From assembly GCA_024641665.1 (NCBI GenBank), contig JAHECP010000002.1, positions 28,775 to 92,774 of the forward strand: DNA of 64,000 nucleotides, written 5' to 3'. This document shows positions 44,213 through 53,162 of the stretch, in pieces (the stretch's first letter is position 1; the number at the start of each line of letters is the position of its first letter). A program made the position numbers and the translations under genes. This DNA is from Acidobacteriota bacterium (GTDB lineage Bacteria; Acidobacteriota; Vicinamibacteria; Vicinamibacterales; JAHECP01). The notes below the pieces were generated by a model. That model made no database searches and was not told the DNA's origin. It saw only the letters and a program-made list of their open reading frames with translations.

Positions 44213-46678
44213 CTACTCCTGCCTCAGCGCGATGATCGGATCGACGGCGGTGGCGACACGAATCGGATGGTAGGCCCCTACAGTCGCCGCGATCAGCAGA
44301 AGCACGCAGACAGTGCCGTAGGTCAAGGCATCGGTAGGCGTGACGCCGAAGAGAAGGGCGTTCATGCTTCGGCCGGCGATTAGGGTGGTGATCACTCCAG
44401 CCAGAAGTCCCGCTGCGACCACGCGAGACATCCGGACTGCGAAGAACCCCACGATCTGCTTGTGGCGTGCACCCAGGGCCATTCGGATGCCGATCTCGCG
44501 GGTGCGCTCGGCCACGTGCTGCGCGAGTAGCGCGTACACTCCAACCACCGCCACGACCAGCGCGAGCGCAGCAAGCAGCGAGAAGAGCAGCGCGGCAAAC
44601 CGCCAGGGAGCCACCTGACTGTCGACTACCTGCTGCATCGGTCGGATGGCATCGACTACCGCGGAAGGGTCGACTGAACGGATCTCCCTCCGCAGCCGTC
44701 TCAGCAGGTTCGCGGGATTCCCTGATGCCTTCACGATGAAGTGTTTGACGGCGTCTTCGGACTGCAGGTACGGCTTGTACACATCGAACGTCGCTTCCGT
44801 GAGGCCGCGGTAGCGGGCGTCGCCCACCACCCCGACCACCGTCTGCCAGTCTCCTTTTGGCCGGTCATAGCTCGCCATGAGGCGCTTGCCAATCGGATCT
44901 TGGCCAGGCCAGAGACGCCTGGCGGCCGAGAGGCTGACGATGACGACGGGAGGAGACTGCTCGGTGTCGTGTTCGCTGAACGCGCGTCCTCGTAGAACGG
45001 GAATTCGCATCATGCTGAGGTAGTCGGGAGTGACGGCTTCGGCGTTCAGCGTGGGGTTCTTCCTCGCCGCGTCGCGATCGCTCGGCGACTGTCCTTCGAG
45101 GACGACCGCTGCACCGGAACCGATCGGCCCGAACTCGAACGGCCGCAAGTAGATTGCCGAGACCGCCGAGACTCCGGGCAGCCGGCGGACACGTTCGATC
45201 GCGTGCCGATAGAAGCGGCTGTTCTGGCTCTTGCCGTACTTGCCCGCCGGTGCCAGCACGTCGAACGTCACCAGGTCCGCGGGATCGAAACCCAAGTGAA
45301 CGTGTTGAATGGCGTGAGAGCTTCGAACTGTCAGCGTCGCGGCGACGAGCAGCACGACAGCCAGCGCGGTCTGCACGACGAGTAGGCCGTTACGGACGCG
45401 GAGGGTGGGCGTCCGGCTCATCGTCTCGTCCAATGCGACGAGGCTTGACGGCGTGCGGCGCAGCACGATGAGTAGTGGAACGACGCCGCAAGCGAGCGCC
45501 GCCAGCGCGCCGGCTCCCAGGGCGAACGCCGTGAGCGCGGGCGTCCGCAGCGTCACCTCGTTCAGGCGCGGCACGCTCGTGGGAGTGAGCGCTGTCAGGA
45601 ACGGAACGCACCAGAGCGCGAGCACGACGGCGCCCGCCATCCCGACAGCCACCAGCGCTGCGCCTTCGGCCGCTGCCTGTCGCATGAGATGCGACCGCTC
45701 TGCCCCAAGTGCGATCTGAATCGCCAACTCGCGCCGCTTGGCCGACAGGCGCGCCAGCAGCAATCCGATCACGTTCGCACACGTGAGCAACAGAACCAGC
45801 GCGGCCGCACCAATCAGCAGCAGGAGCGCCGGACGCGTCTGTCCGAAGATGTGGTCAGCGAGCTGCGTCACGACGATCGACCGGCCGGTTCCGGGCTTGC
45901 CGCTCCCCGTCAGACGCCCCACGATCGCGTCCATGTCGGCACGTGCCTGCACGAGACTGACACTGGATCTCAGGCGCCCGAGCACGTACAGAATCCCGAG
46001 ACCGCGCTCCTCCAGCATGTCGAACCCGGCCCCAACGGAAAGACGGGCGAGCGTCGGTGCAATCGGCAGCCAGAGTGCAGCGCCGCGCGGATAGTCGAAA
46101 TCTGCCGGCATCACGCCCACAACCGTCGTCGCCCGCATGCCGCCGCCGTCGTCGATCATGGCGGTACGACCGATCACGCCCGGGTCGGACCCGAACTGAC
46201 GGCGCCAGGTCGAATCGCTCAGCACCGCAACGGCAGGGCCCGACCGGTCATCGTCGGCCCTCGTCAACCCACGACCGAGCTCCGGCCTGGCGCCCAGCAC
46301 ATCAAAGAAGCCTCCTGACACCGCTGCGAACGGAACGATGACGGGGCCGTCCTTCTGCATCAGGCGCGCCGACCAGTTGACCGAACCGGTCGCCGCGAGC
46401 TCGGTGAAGGACCTGTTCTGTGATTCCCAGTCCCGGAAGTCGCGGTAGGACACCTCCCAGACTGACACCGACTGCTTTTCGGCGCGCTCCCACATGATGA
46501 CCAGGGACTGCTGGTCCGCCACGGGAAGCGGGCGGAGCAGAACCGAGTACGCGACGGCGAATATCGCGATGTTCGCACCCAGGCCCAGCGCCAAGATTCC
46601 CGCGGCCGGTATCGCCACCGAGCCGTCGCGGCGAAAGAACCGGAATCCGTGGGCGACGCTCTCGCGCAGCAGTGACAT
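44213..46678 (-). CDS. ADOP-type duplicated FtsX/MacB-like permease (orphan, no adjacent ABC ATPase)
   Basis: Same frame as track ORF 44213..46795, starting at MSLLRESVAHGFRFFRRDG. There are two FtsX-like 4-TM modules, each preceded by a large periplasmic domain. C-terminus: AVDPIIALRQE*. Confidence 0.9.
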   Translation of the reverse strand: MSLLRESVAHGFRFFRRDGSVAIPAAGILALGLGANIAIFAVAYSVLLRPLPVADQQSLVIMWERAEKQSVSVWEVSYRDFRDWESQNRSFTELAATGSVNWSARLMQKDGPVIVPFAAVSGGFFDVLGARPELGRGLTRADDDRSGPAVAVLSDSTWRRQFGSDPGVIGRTAMIDDGGGMRATTVVGVMPADFDYPRGAALWLPIAPTLARLSVGAGFDMLEERGLGILYVLGRLRSSVSLVQARADMDAIVGRLTGSGKPGTGRSIVVTQLADHIFGQTRPALLLLIGAAALVLLLTCANVIGLLLARLSAKRRELAIQIALGAERSHLMRQAAAEGAALVAVGMAGAVVLALWCVPFLTALTPTSVPRLNEVTLRTPALTAFALGAGALAALACGVVPLLIVLRRTPSSLVALDETMSRTPTLRVRNGLLVVQTALAVVLLVAATLTVRSSHAIQHVHLGFDPADLVTFDVLAPAGKYGKSQNSRFYRHAIERVRRLPGVSAVSAIYLRPFEFGPIGSGAAVVLEGQSPSDRDAARKNPTLNAEAVTPDYLSMMRIPVLRGRAFSEHDTEQSPPVVIVSLSAARRLWPGQDPIGKRLMASYDRPKGDWQTVVGVVGDARYRGLTEATFDVYKPYLQSEDAVKHFIVKASGNPANLLRRLRREIRSVDPSAVVDAIRPMQQVVDSQVAPWRFAALLFSLLAALALVVAVVGVYALLAQHVAERTREIGIRMALGARHKQIVGFFAVRMSRVVAAGLLAGVITTLIAGRSMNALLFGVTPTDALTYGTVCVLLLIAATVGAYHPIRVATAVDPIIALRQE

Positions 46679-46846
46679 GGCGATGACCTTCGAGTGCGGC
46701 TGGCGGAATATTAGACCACAGCGCACGGCCCCGAGGGCAATTGCACCAGCTTTCTTAGGGGCTGCTGCTGTCCTCTGGTGCGTCGGCCTGCGCACTGCGG
46801 GGCGTGCCGTGCCGGGTCGGCGGGCAGGTGGCTGCGCGCACGCGTT

Positions 46847-47707
46847 CTAGGCCCTGCGCGTATGACAGATCTCGGCCAACACAGGATTGAGCCAGTTCGC
46901 AAGGAGATCGTGCGCTTCCTTCAGTTCCACGACCGTGCCGACGAGTTCGGCTTCTCTGCGATAGCTGATGGCAAGTTCGCGTGGAGGAGCCGGCAGACGC
47001 TCGGGGACCGGGTGTGTCGCGCGACGACCGAAGACCCGCTGAACGGTCTCTCGCAGTGCGGCGGTGTCGACACGTCCGTGCTGTCGGATGAGTAGGAGAT
47101 CCACGAGATCTCTTGCTCGCATGGTCCCGCGGCCCTTGTACGTTCGGGTGTAGGCATGGACCTTCTCGGCGACCTGCCGCCCCAGCGGTACCAGTAGAAC
47201 TTCGATCGGCTCGAGACCAAGCTCGGCCAGGAGTCCCGGGCGTCGTCCGGGCTGAGCATCCCAGGGCGCAGGTGCGGTGATGCTGACGTCGACTTGAATC
47301 GGCTCGAACGCCCGGTTGGCGATGGCGCTGTCCAGCCTGTACCGGACGGCCAGGCCTACACCTGCTTCGCGCAGTTCCTCGGTACCGACGATGGCAAACT
47401 CGAAGTAGTCACCCACGTCCTCGATGGCCGCGCGCTGGAGGTCTGCACGCGCCGCCTCGGCACCGTGCAGATGATCCGCATCGAGGTCGACCGAAACGCG
47501 GGCCCACTTGCCGAGCCTGGTCTCGAGAGCCATGCCGCCCTTGAGGGCCCAACGATCGGGCGCCACCCTTGCCAGGCGTACGAGCAGTCGCTCGAGAGCG
47601 GCCTGGCGACGGACGATGTACGCCGGTGTGTTGAGACGCTTGGCCCGATCGCGCAGCTTGGCCTCGACGGCGGCGCGAAAGGCTGCGGGCGTGGCGTATT
47701 CACGCAC
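46847..47707 (-). CDS. abiEii: AbiEii/AbiGii-family nucleotidyltransferase toxin (type IV TA)
   Basis: Same frame as track ORF 46847..48058, starting at the GTG (VREYATPAAFRAAVEAKL). It contains ERLLVRLARVAPDRWALKGGMALETRL...VSVDLDAD. The start overlaps the AbiEi stop by 8 nt. Confidence 0.8.
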   Translation of the reverse strand: MREYATPAAFRAAVEAKLRDRAKRLNTPAYIVRRQAALERLLVRLARVAPDRWALKGGMALETRLGKWARVSVDLDADHLHGAEAARADLQRAAIEDVGDYFEFAIVGTEELREAGVGLAVRYRLDSAIANRAFEPIQVDVSITAPAPWDAQPGRRPGLLAELGLEPIEVLLVPLGRQVAEKVHAYTRTYKGRGTMRARDLVDLLLIRQHGRVDTAALRETVQRVFGRRATHPVPERLPAPPRELAISYRREAELVGTVVELKEAHDLLANWLNPVLAEICHTRRA

Positions 47708-48335
47708 GGTTGCCTGCCTCCTCGATGGCCCGGTCGACGAGCTGCCGCACACGGGCCGACCGGTCGCTGACGGCCGCGCGTAGCTCATCGGGCGCGACGA
47801 GACCTCTGGCGAGGGCGCGTGCAGTTGCTTCGGCGACCACGCTCGGGTCAGCGCCGACGTCCGCCACATCAGCGATGGTCCGAGCCGGAGATGTGATCCG
47901 CACGCCGAAGCGGCTCGCCACCTCGGCGCGGCGTAGCGGGGTGTTGGTGGTATGCAGCCTGACGGCGGTCCCGCGCTGCCGCGTCCGAGGTCGGCGGTCC
48001 CGGGGCAGCGTGACATGAAGTTCCTGCGACCGCGACGGCGCCAGGTCGTACAGGGCAAGGGCGGTTTCGTGGGACACCACCGCCTGGCGTGACGCGAGTC
48101 TCAGCCAGGTCGCAACGATGTCCTCGTGCGAACTCGTCGGCACGCCCACCAGCCGGTAGAAGCCGCGGCTGACCCGCTCGAAATGGCCGGCAGCGACGTG
48201 GTGGACGAGGCTGCGGGCGCTGTAGCCGAGCGCTCTCGCCTGCGCTGCCGTGAAATAGCCGGCCTGGGTCGTCGCCAGCTCGAAGAGCTGCTGGAGCTTC
48301 CGTGTCCGTGAAGGAGCAGACTGTCTAGGCTCCAT
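47700..48335 (-). CDS. abiEi: AbiEi-family antitoxin / transcriptional regulator
   Basis: Same frame as track ORF 47700..48746. Sequence: MEPRQSAPSRTRKLQQLFELATTQAGYFTAAQARALGYSARSLVHHVAAGHFERVSRGFYRL.... An alternative ATG lies 21 nt upstream (48356). Confidence 0.8.
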   Translation of the reverse strand: MEPRQSAPSRTRKLQQLFELATTQAGYFTAAQARALGYSARSLVHHVAAGHFERVSRGFYRLVGVPTSSHEDIVATWLRLASRQAVVSHETALALYDLAPSRSQELHVTLPRDRRPRTRQRGTAVRLHTTNTPLRRAEVASRFGVRITSPARTIADVADVGADPSVVAEATARALARGLVAPDELRAAVSDRSARVRQLVDRAIEEAGNRA

Positions 48336-48439
48336 GTCCCTGTCAGTATACGCCATACGTAATACAAATGGGACATGGCAAGTGAATGAGCGCGTGCCAC
48401 GGGCGCGGGTGGAGCGGCTCGGAAGTCCGCCTTCGCGGT

Positions 48440-48650
48440 GATCCCCAGACCGCTGCTTCGGCGGGCAGCCTTCGCGGTGAAACATGGCTTGCCCAGCCGA
48501 AGTGCCGCTAGGCAAGCGAGAGGCGGCGCGAAGACGCTCTAGACTGGAGGCCCGCCGTCGCGACGCTTGAGCCTCACGTCGCTTCGGTGGGCAGCCTTCG
48601 CGTGAAGGTGACTCGCTGGCTTGCCAGCCGAAGCTCGGCGCAGCCGAGCG
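48440..48650. repeat. REP-like intergenic repeat family (GCAGCCTTCGCG ... GGCTTGCC(C)AGCCGAAG), two copies
   Basis: CTTCGGCGGGCAGCCTTCGCGGTGAA..GGCTTGCCCAGCCGAAG and CTTCGGTGGGCAGCCTTCGCGTGAAGG..GGCTTGCCAGCCGAAG. Related copies lie at about 43983-44050. Confidence 0.6.
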
Positions 48651-48655
48651 AAGGC

Positions 48656-48744
48656 TGGTGCCGGAGGAGGGAATCGAACCCTCACGGGGGGTAAGCCCCA
48701 CGGGATTTTGAGTCCCGCGCGTCTGCCAGTTTCGCCACTCCGGC
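48656..48744 (-). tRNA. tRNA-Leu (anticodon CAA), CCA-encoded
   Basis: Reverse strand: GCCGGAG TG GCGAAACTGGCAGACGC G CGGGA CTCAAAA TCCCG TGGGGCTTACCCCCCGT GAGGG TTCGATT CCCTC CTCCGGC ACCA. It has a 7-bp acceptor stem, a canonical T-loop, a long variable arm and anticodon CAA. Confidence 0.93.
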
Positions 48745-48801
48745 ACGAACGAGGTGGTCAGGCCGCGATCATCGTACTCCGCGCACGGACGCGGCGTGCG
48801 C

Positions 48802-49074
48802 CTAGCCCGCCTTCCGCAGTCCGCGCGCCGCCTGCCAGAGGTCCGCGTCGGCCTGCAGGCCCATCCAGAACTCGGGGGACGTGTCGAAGAGTCGCGCCAG
48901 CCGGAGCGCGGTGTCCGCAGTGATCCCGCGCTTGCCTCGGATGATCTCGTTCAGGCGATTGAGCGGGATCTCCATCCGTCGCGCCGCTTCGACCTGCGTC
49001 AGCCCGCTCGGCCGGAGAAACTCCTCGAGCAGCATCTCCCCGGGCGGTGTCGGGGGCCGCTTCAGGTCCAGCAC
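48802..49074 (-). CDS. higA: HigA-family antitoxin (XRE-type HTH)
   Basis: Same frame as track ORF 48802..49122, starting at the GTG at 49074 (VLDLKRPPTPPGEMLLEEFLRPSGLTQVEAARRMEIPLNRLNEIIRGKRGITADTALRLARLF). The start is 14 nt after the higB stop. Confidence 0.85.
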   Translation of the reverse strand: MLDLKRPPTPPGEMLLEEFLRPSGLTQVEAARRMEIPLNRLNEIIRGKRGITADTALRLARLFDTSPEFWMGLQADADLWQAARGLRKAG

Positions 49075-49087
49075 GGACCGCGGTCCG

Positions 49088-49378
49088 CTAATGGTAGTCT
49101 TCGCACGCGACGTCGTAGGCATGGCCGTCTTCGAACCGAAACGTGATCCGATACCGATCGTTCACTCGAAGGCTGTACGTCCCCGCTCGATCACCCTTCA
49201 ACGCTTCGAGTCGGTTGCCCGCCGGCAGCTGAAGGTCGCCGAGCGTTCGCGCGCGGTGCAGGGCGTCCAGCTTGCGTCGCACGCCAGGCCACAGCGCCTT
49301 CGGCACGCGACGGGCAGCCTTGGTCTCCCGGCCGATGAAGACATCGGCCGTGGCCGCGTCCGCCAACGAGCGGATCAT
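49088..49378 (-). CDS. higB: HigB-family toxin (RelE/ParE superfamily, plasmid-maintenance killer protein)
   Basis: Track ORF of 96 aa: MIRSLADAATADVF...LDALHRARTLGDLQLPAGNRLEALKGDRAGTYSLRVNDRYRITFRFEDGHAYDVACEDYH. Confidence 0.8.
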   Translation of the reverse strand: MIRSLADAATADVFIGRETKAARRVPKALWPGVRRKLDALHRARTLGDLQLPAGNRLEALKGDRAGTYSLRVNDRYRITFRFEDGHAYDVACEDYH

Positions 49379-49384
49379 CGGCCG

Positions 49385-49413
49385 ATGTTACACGATTCAC
49401 CGGTAATCATCAA
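49385..49413 (-). promoter_or_regulatory. candidate sigma-70 promoter for higBA (nearly leaderless)
   Basis: The minus strand reads TTGATG-17 nt-TAACAT. The -10 element ends 6 nt before the higB ATG. Confidence 0.35.
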
Positions 49414-49459
49414 CTCGACGGACGGCCTCGTGGCGCGTGCGAGCAGGGCCGGTCGGGTC

Positions 49460-49765
49460 TCAGCTCCCTTCCGCGCGGATCTTCTCGATCTTCCGGTCCC
49501 GCTCCTCGTTGAGTCTCTGTCGTTCGGCGCGGTACTGCGTGACGAGATCCGCCACCCCCTCCGGGTCCACCGCGGCAGCTCTCGCGACCGGCTCGTGCCG
49601 GATCTCGATGTCGGCCAGCTTGGCCTCGTACTGGCTCCGCACCTCGGCGATCGCCGCCTTCTGCGCGTCGGTCAGCGACCGGCGCTCGACCCCCTCCTCG
49701 GCGTCCCTCTTCCGAAGCCGCTCCATCGCCAGCTCGTAGGCTGACTTCAGCCCTTCATCCGCCAT
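49460..49765 (-). CDS. hypothetical charged / coiled-coil protein (101 aa)
   Basis: Track ORF: MADEGLKSAYELAMERLRKRDAEEG...RQRLNEERDRKIEKIRAEGS. The composition is coding-like. I recognise no family. Confidence 0.5.
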   Translation of the reverse strand: MADEGLKSAYELAMERLRKRDAEEGVERRSLTDAQKAAIAEVRSQYEAKLADIEIRHEPVARAAAVDPEGVADLVTQYRAERQRLNEERDRKIEKIRAEGS

Positions 49766-49884
49766 CGGATCGCTGCTCCTCGTTTCGGCCTGCCGGTGCC
49801 CTCGTCAACGCTGGTGACAGATCGATTGTAGTGCAGGGCTGCCGGGCCGGCTGACCTGTCCGCCTTAGCTTCAGCGGAGGCGGA

Positions 49885-49950
49885 AAGCCGGCCCCCACAG
49901 GGTGAGAAGGGGCTCGGGGCCGGCTAAAGCCGGCCCCCACGTACAGAAGG
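49885..49950. repeat. GCCGGCCCC-type palindromic intergenic repeat
   Basis: GAAAGCCGGCCCCCACAGGGTGAGAAGG and CTAAAGCCGGCCCCCACGTACAGAAGG. GGGGCCGGCT-AA-AGCCGGCCCC (49917-49938) forms a perfect 10-bp palindrome. Confidence 0.7.
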
Positions 49951-50224
49951 ACGGGGGGCTTTTTCCCCGGCCTGCGGCATTCTCCCCAGCCCGCACGGGC
50001 CCGTTTTCGCGTCGAGAATCCGGCAAACCCTCCGCCTCAGTCGCATCCATGGCCGAAAATTCGAGGTTTTCCGGCCCCGGACCCCTGGCACCATCATTGC
50101 TCCGACGGGGGTCGACCGCTGGTTCAGATTCCGCTTCACGTCCGGCGCACGGGACGTCCGCGCGCGGCGCCAAGCGAGGCGGCGGGCCCGATCGGGCCCA
50201 CTCCGACGCGGGGCAGACGGCATT

Positions 50225-52018
50225 ATGAGCACCGAACGACAGGATTTGACGATCGGCATGGCAGGCTCGGGCGGCGACGGCGTCGTCTCGGCCGGCGACT
50301 CGCTCATCACGGCACTGGCGCTCGAGGGCTACTACGCCATCGTGGCCAAGAGCTTCGGGTCCCAGATCCGCGGCGGCGAATCGTCGTTCCGGCTGCGCGT
50401 GTCCACCGAGGAGGCCCTCAACATCGGCGGGACGCTCGACATCGCGGTCGCCCTGAACTGGGAGGACTTCCTCCGCTTCGGCAGCGAGCTGCCCGTCGAC
50501 GGCACGTCGACGGTCATCTACGACGAGAAGACCGGCGTGGCGCCCGACAAGGTCCCGCTCGCGGTACAGCCCGCCCAGGTGGTGGCGGTGCCGATCGAGG
50601 CCATGGCCAAGGAGCACGCGGGCACCGAGAAGGCGAAGAACACGATCGTGCTCGGCCTGATGGCCGGCTGGTGCGGGCTGGCGCGCGCGAGCATCGTGGC
50701 GGGACTGCGGAAGCGGTTCAGCAAGAAGGGCCCGGAGCTGGTCGCCGCCAACGAGCGCGCGTTCGAGGCCGGGATCCTGTTCGCCGAGGCGCACCCGCTG
50801 CGCCAGTCGCTCGCCATGGCGCCGCCGGCCGAGAAGCGCGCCAAGCTGCTCACCGACGGAAACGAGATCGTCGGCGCCGCCGCGATCTTCGCCGGCTGCG
50901 AGTTCTTCGCGGGCTATCCCATCACGCCCTCCACCGAGGTCATGCAGTTCATGACCCGCGAGATCTGGAAGTACGGCGGGGCGGTCGTGCAGTTCGAGGA
51001 CGAGATCGCCAGCGTCGGCGCGTGCGTGGGCGCGTCGTTCGCGGGCAAGAAGGTCATGACCGTCAGCTCGGGCCCGGGCATGTCGCTCAAGTCCGAGATT
51101 CTCGGCCTGGCCACGATCGCCGAGCTGCCGCTCGTGGCCGTCGACGTCCAGCGCGGCGGGCCCTCCACGGGCCTCCCGACCAAGGGCGAGCAGTCGGACG
51201 TGTTCCAGGCGATCTTCTCGGCGCACGGCGACGTGCTGCGCCCCGTGCTCGCCGCGCGCAGCGTCCGCGACCTCTTCGGCGTGACGGTCGAGGCGTTCAA
51301 CATCGCCGAGCAGTACCAGACGCCGGTGATCCTGCTCTCGGACGGCGAGCTCGGCCAGCGCAAGGAGACCTTCGACCCGATCGACACCTCGCAGTTCCGC
51401 CTGGTCGAGCGGCGCCGGCCATTCGACAAGGAGCTCGACGGCTACGTGCGTTTCCGGCTGACCGAATCGGGCATCAGCCCGCTCAGCCAGCCCGGGATGA
51501 AGGGTGGCAACTACCTCGCGTCGGGCATCGAGCACAACGAGGCGGGCGCGCCGACGGCCAAGGGCGAGGTCCACGCCCGGATGAACGAGAAGCGCTTCAA
51601 GAAGCTCCTGCCGCTCAAGGCGCGACGCGACCTCTTCCACATCGAAGGCGACGCCGACGCGCCGATCGGGATCGTGAGCTGGGGCTCGGTGGCGGGCGTG
51701 GCGCTCGAGGCGCTGCGGATGGCCCGGAAGCAGGGCGTCCGCGCCAAGCTGCTCGTCCCGACGCTCATCTACCCGGTGCCCGAGGACGTCTACCAGGACT
51801 TCTTCGCGTCGGTCGAGCGCGGCTTCGTGCTCGAGCAGTCGCACCAGGGACAGTTCTACCGCGTGCTCCGGATGTTCGTCGACGTGCCCCGCGGCGTGAC
51901 GTCGATTGCGCGCAGCGGATCGAACCCCTTCCTGCCGAAGGAAGTGGCCTTCAAGCTGCGCGACCTCGCGCGCGAAGTGCAGCAGGCGCTGGCGCCGGAG
52001 CTGCAGGCCCAGGAATGA
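50225..52018 (+). CDS. korA: 2-oxoacid:ferredoxin oxidoreductase alpha subunit (fused gamma-alpha type, KorA-like)
   Basis: Track ORF of 597 aa. Blocks: GSGGDGVVSAG, KSFGSQIRGGES, GYPITPSTE, QFEDEIASVGA, GPGMSLK. Confidence 0.9.
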   Translation: MSTERQDLTIGMAGSGGDGVVSAGDSLITALALEGYYAIVAKSFGSQIRGGESSFRLRVSTEEALNIGGTLDIAVALNWEDFLRFGSELPVDGTSTVIYDEKTGVAPDKVPLAVQPAQVVAVPIEAMAKEHAGTEKAKNTIVLGLMAGWCGLARASIVAGLRKRFSKKGPELVAANERAFEAGILFAEAHPLRQSLAMAPPAEKRAKLLTDGNEIVGAAAIFAGCEFFAGYPITPSTEVMQFMTREIWKYGGAVVQFEDEIASVGACVGASFAGKKVMTVSSGPGMSLKSEILGLATIAELPLVAVDVQRGGPSTGLPTKGEQSDVFQAIFSAHGDVLRPVLAARSVRDLFGVTVEAFNIAEQYQTPVILLSDGELGQRKETFDPIDTSQFRLVERRRPFDKELDGYVRFRLTESGISPLSQPGMKGGNYLASGIEHNEAGAPTAKGEVHARMNEKRFKKLLPLKARRDLFHIEGDADAPIGIVSWGSVAGVALEALRMARKQGVRAKLLVPTLIYPVPEDVYQDFFASVERGFVLEQSHQGQFYRVLRMFVDVPRGVTSIARSGSNPFLPKEVAFKLRDLAREVQQALAPELQAQE

Positions 52019-52067
52019 ACCAGAACGCGCAGGCCGGGCCCCGGGTCCGGCGCGACGGAGTGGACGA

Positions 52068-52964
52068 ATGGCGAGCGTAAACGCATTGACCGAGCAGGCC
52101 TACCAGGCCAGGGACTACAAGAGCGATCTGAAGCCCATCTGGTGCCCGGGCTGCGGCGACTTCGGCGTGGTCACCGCCATCTACCGCGCGCTCGCGGCCG
52201 TCGGGCGCCCGCCGCACGAGATCGCGTTCGTGTCGGGTATCGGCTGCTCGAGCCGGATTCCCGGCTACACGACCGCCTACGGCTTCAACAGCGTCCACGG
52301 CCGGGCGCTCCCCATCGCCCAGGGCATCAAGGTGTCGAGGCCGGACCTGCTGGTGCTCGCGGCCGGCGGCGACGGCGACGGGTTCGCCATCGGCGGCGGC
52401 CACGTCTCGCACGCCATCCGCCGCAACGTGGACCTCACCTACATCATCATGGACAACCAGATCTACGGGTTGACCAAGGGGCAGCTCTCGCCGACGTCCC
52501 ACCGCGGGCGCAAGAGCGTGACGTCGATGTACGGCAGCCTGGAGGAGCCGATCAACCCGCTGATGTACGTGCTGGCCTACGGCGCGGGCTTCGTCGCTCA
52601 GGGCACCCCGGCCGACATGAGCGGCCTGGCGGTCCTGATCGAGGAGGCCATCCGGTTCCCCGGCTTCGCGTTCGTCAACGTGCAGTCGCCCTGCGTGACC
52701 TACGGCGAGCCGGACGAGCAGCTCAAGGCGCAGAAGGCCAAGATCGAGGACCTGCGCGCGCTCGGGCACGACCCGGCCGACTGGCTGCACGGCATGGACC
52801 TGGCCCGGGAGTACGGCACCAAGCTCTACACGGGCGTGTTCTACAAGAACCCCACGCCCGCGCCGACGTTTGCCCACGCGGTCAGCTCGCTTCAGGAGCA
52901 GCTGCAATCGCAGGCGCTGCCGAAGAAGGACATCCTGAACATGTTCGCTCCGCGCCAGGCGTGA
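52068..52964 (+). CDS. korB: 2-oxoacid:ferredoxin oxidoreductase beta subunit (TPP-binding, KorB-like)
   Basis: Same frame as track ORF 51906..52964, starting at MASVNALTEQ. Blocks: WCPGCGDFG, SGIGCSSR, GGDGDGFAIGGGH, MDNQIYGLTKGQ. Confidence 0.9.
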   Translation: MASVNALTEQAYQARDYKSDLKPIWCPGCGDFGVVTAIYRALAAVGRPPHEIAFVSGIGCSSRIPGYTTAYGFNSVHGRALPIAQGIKVSRPDLLVLAAGGDGDGFAIGGGHVSHAIRRNVDLTYIIMDNQIYGLTKGQLSPTSHRGRKSVTSMYGSLEEPINPLMYVLAYGAGFVAQGTPADMSGLAVLIEEAIRFPGFAFVNVQSPCVTYGEPDEQLKAQKAKIEDLRALGHDPADWLHGMDLAREYGTKLYTGVFYKNPTPAPTFAHAVSSLQEQLQSQALPKKDILNMFAPRQA

Positions 52965-53043
52965 GCCGGCACCGCAAGAGGGGCCGGTCCGCCGTCGCGG
53001 ACCCGTGCCGGGGAGTGTGAACGGAGAGAGACGACTTGCCCAG

Positions 53044-53062
53044 TCTCACGTCCGACGTGAGA
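53044..53062. other. 8-bp hairpin in the korB 3' region
   Basis: TCTCACGT-CCG-ACGTGAGA, 80 nt after the korB stop. Confidence 0.35.
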
Positions 53063-53121
53063 TCCTCCAAATACATTTACCGCACTAATAGACCCTCCTT
53101 TGGTATGCAGTACCGCTAGTC

Positions 53122-53149
53122 GAGGTGGGCCGCTTCGGCGGCCCGCCTC
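53122..53149. terminator. 12-bp stem / UUCG-tetraloop hairpin
   Basis: GAGGTGGGCCGC-TTCG-GCGGCCCGCCTC, with one U-G wobble. No U-tract follows. It lies between the convergent korB and acnX-small genes. Confidence 0.45.
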
Positions 53150-53162
53150 CTGCCACATCACA

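Noticed and set aside
48336-48746. Upstream 137 codons of track ORF 47700..48746 as part of AbiEi
   Set aside because: This part of the ORF reads through the tRNA-Leu gene and the REP-like repeats (…EGCPPKRR…EGCPPKQR…). The recognisable AbiEi domain starts at MEPRQ (48335).
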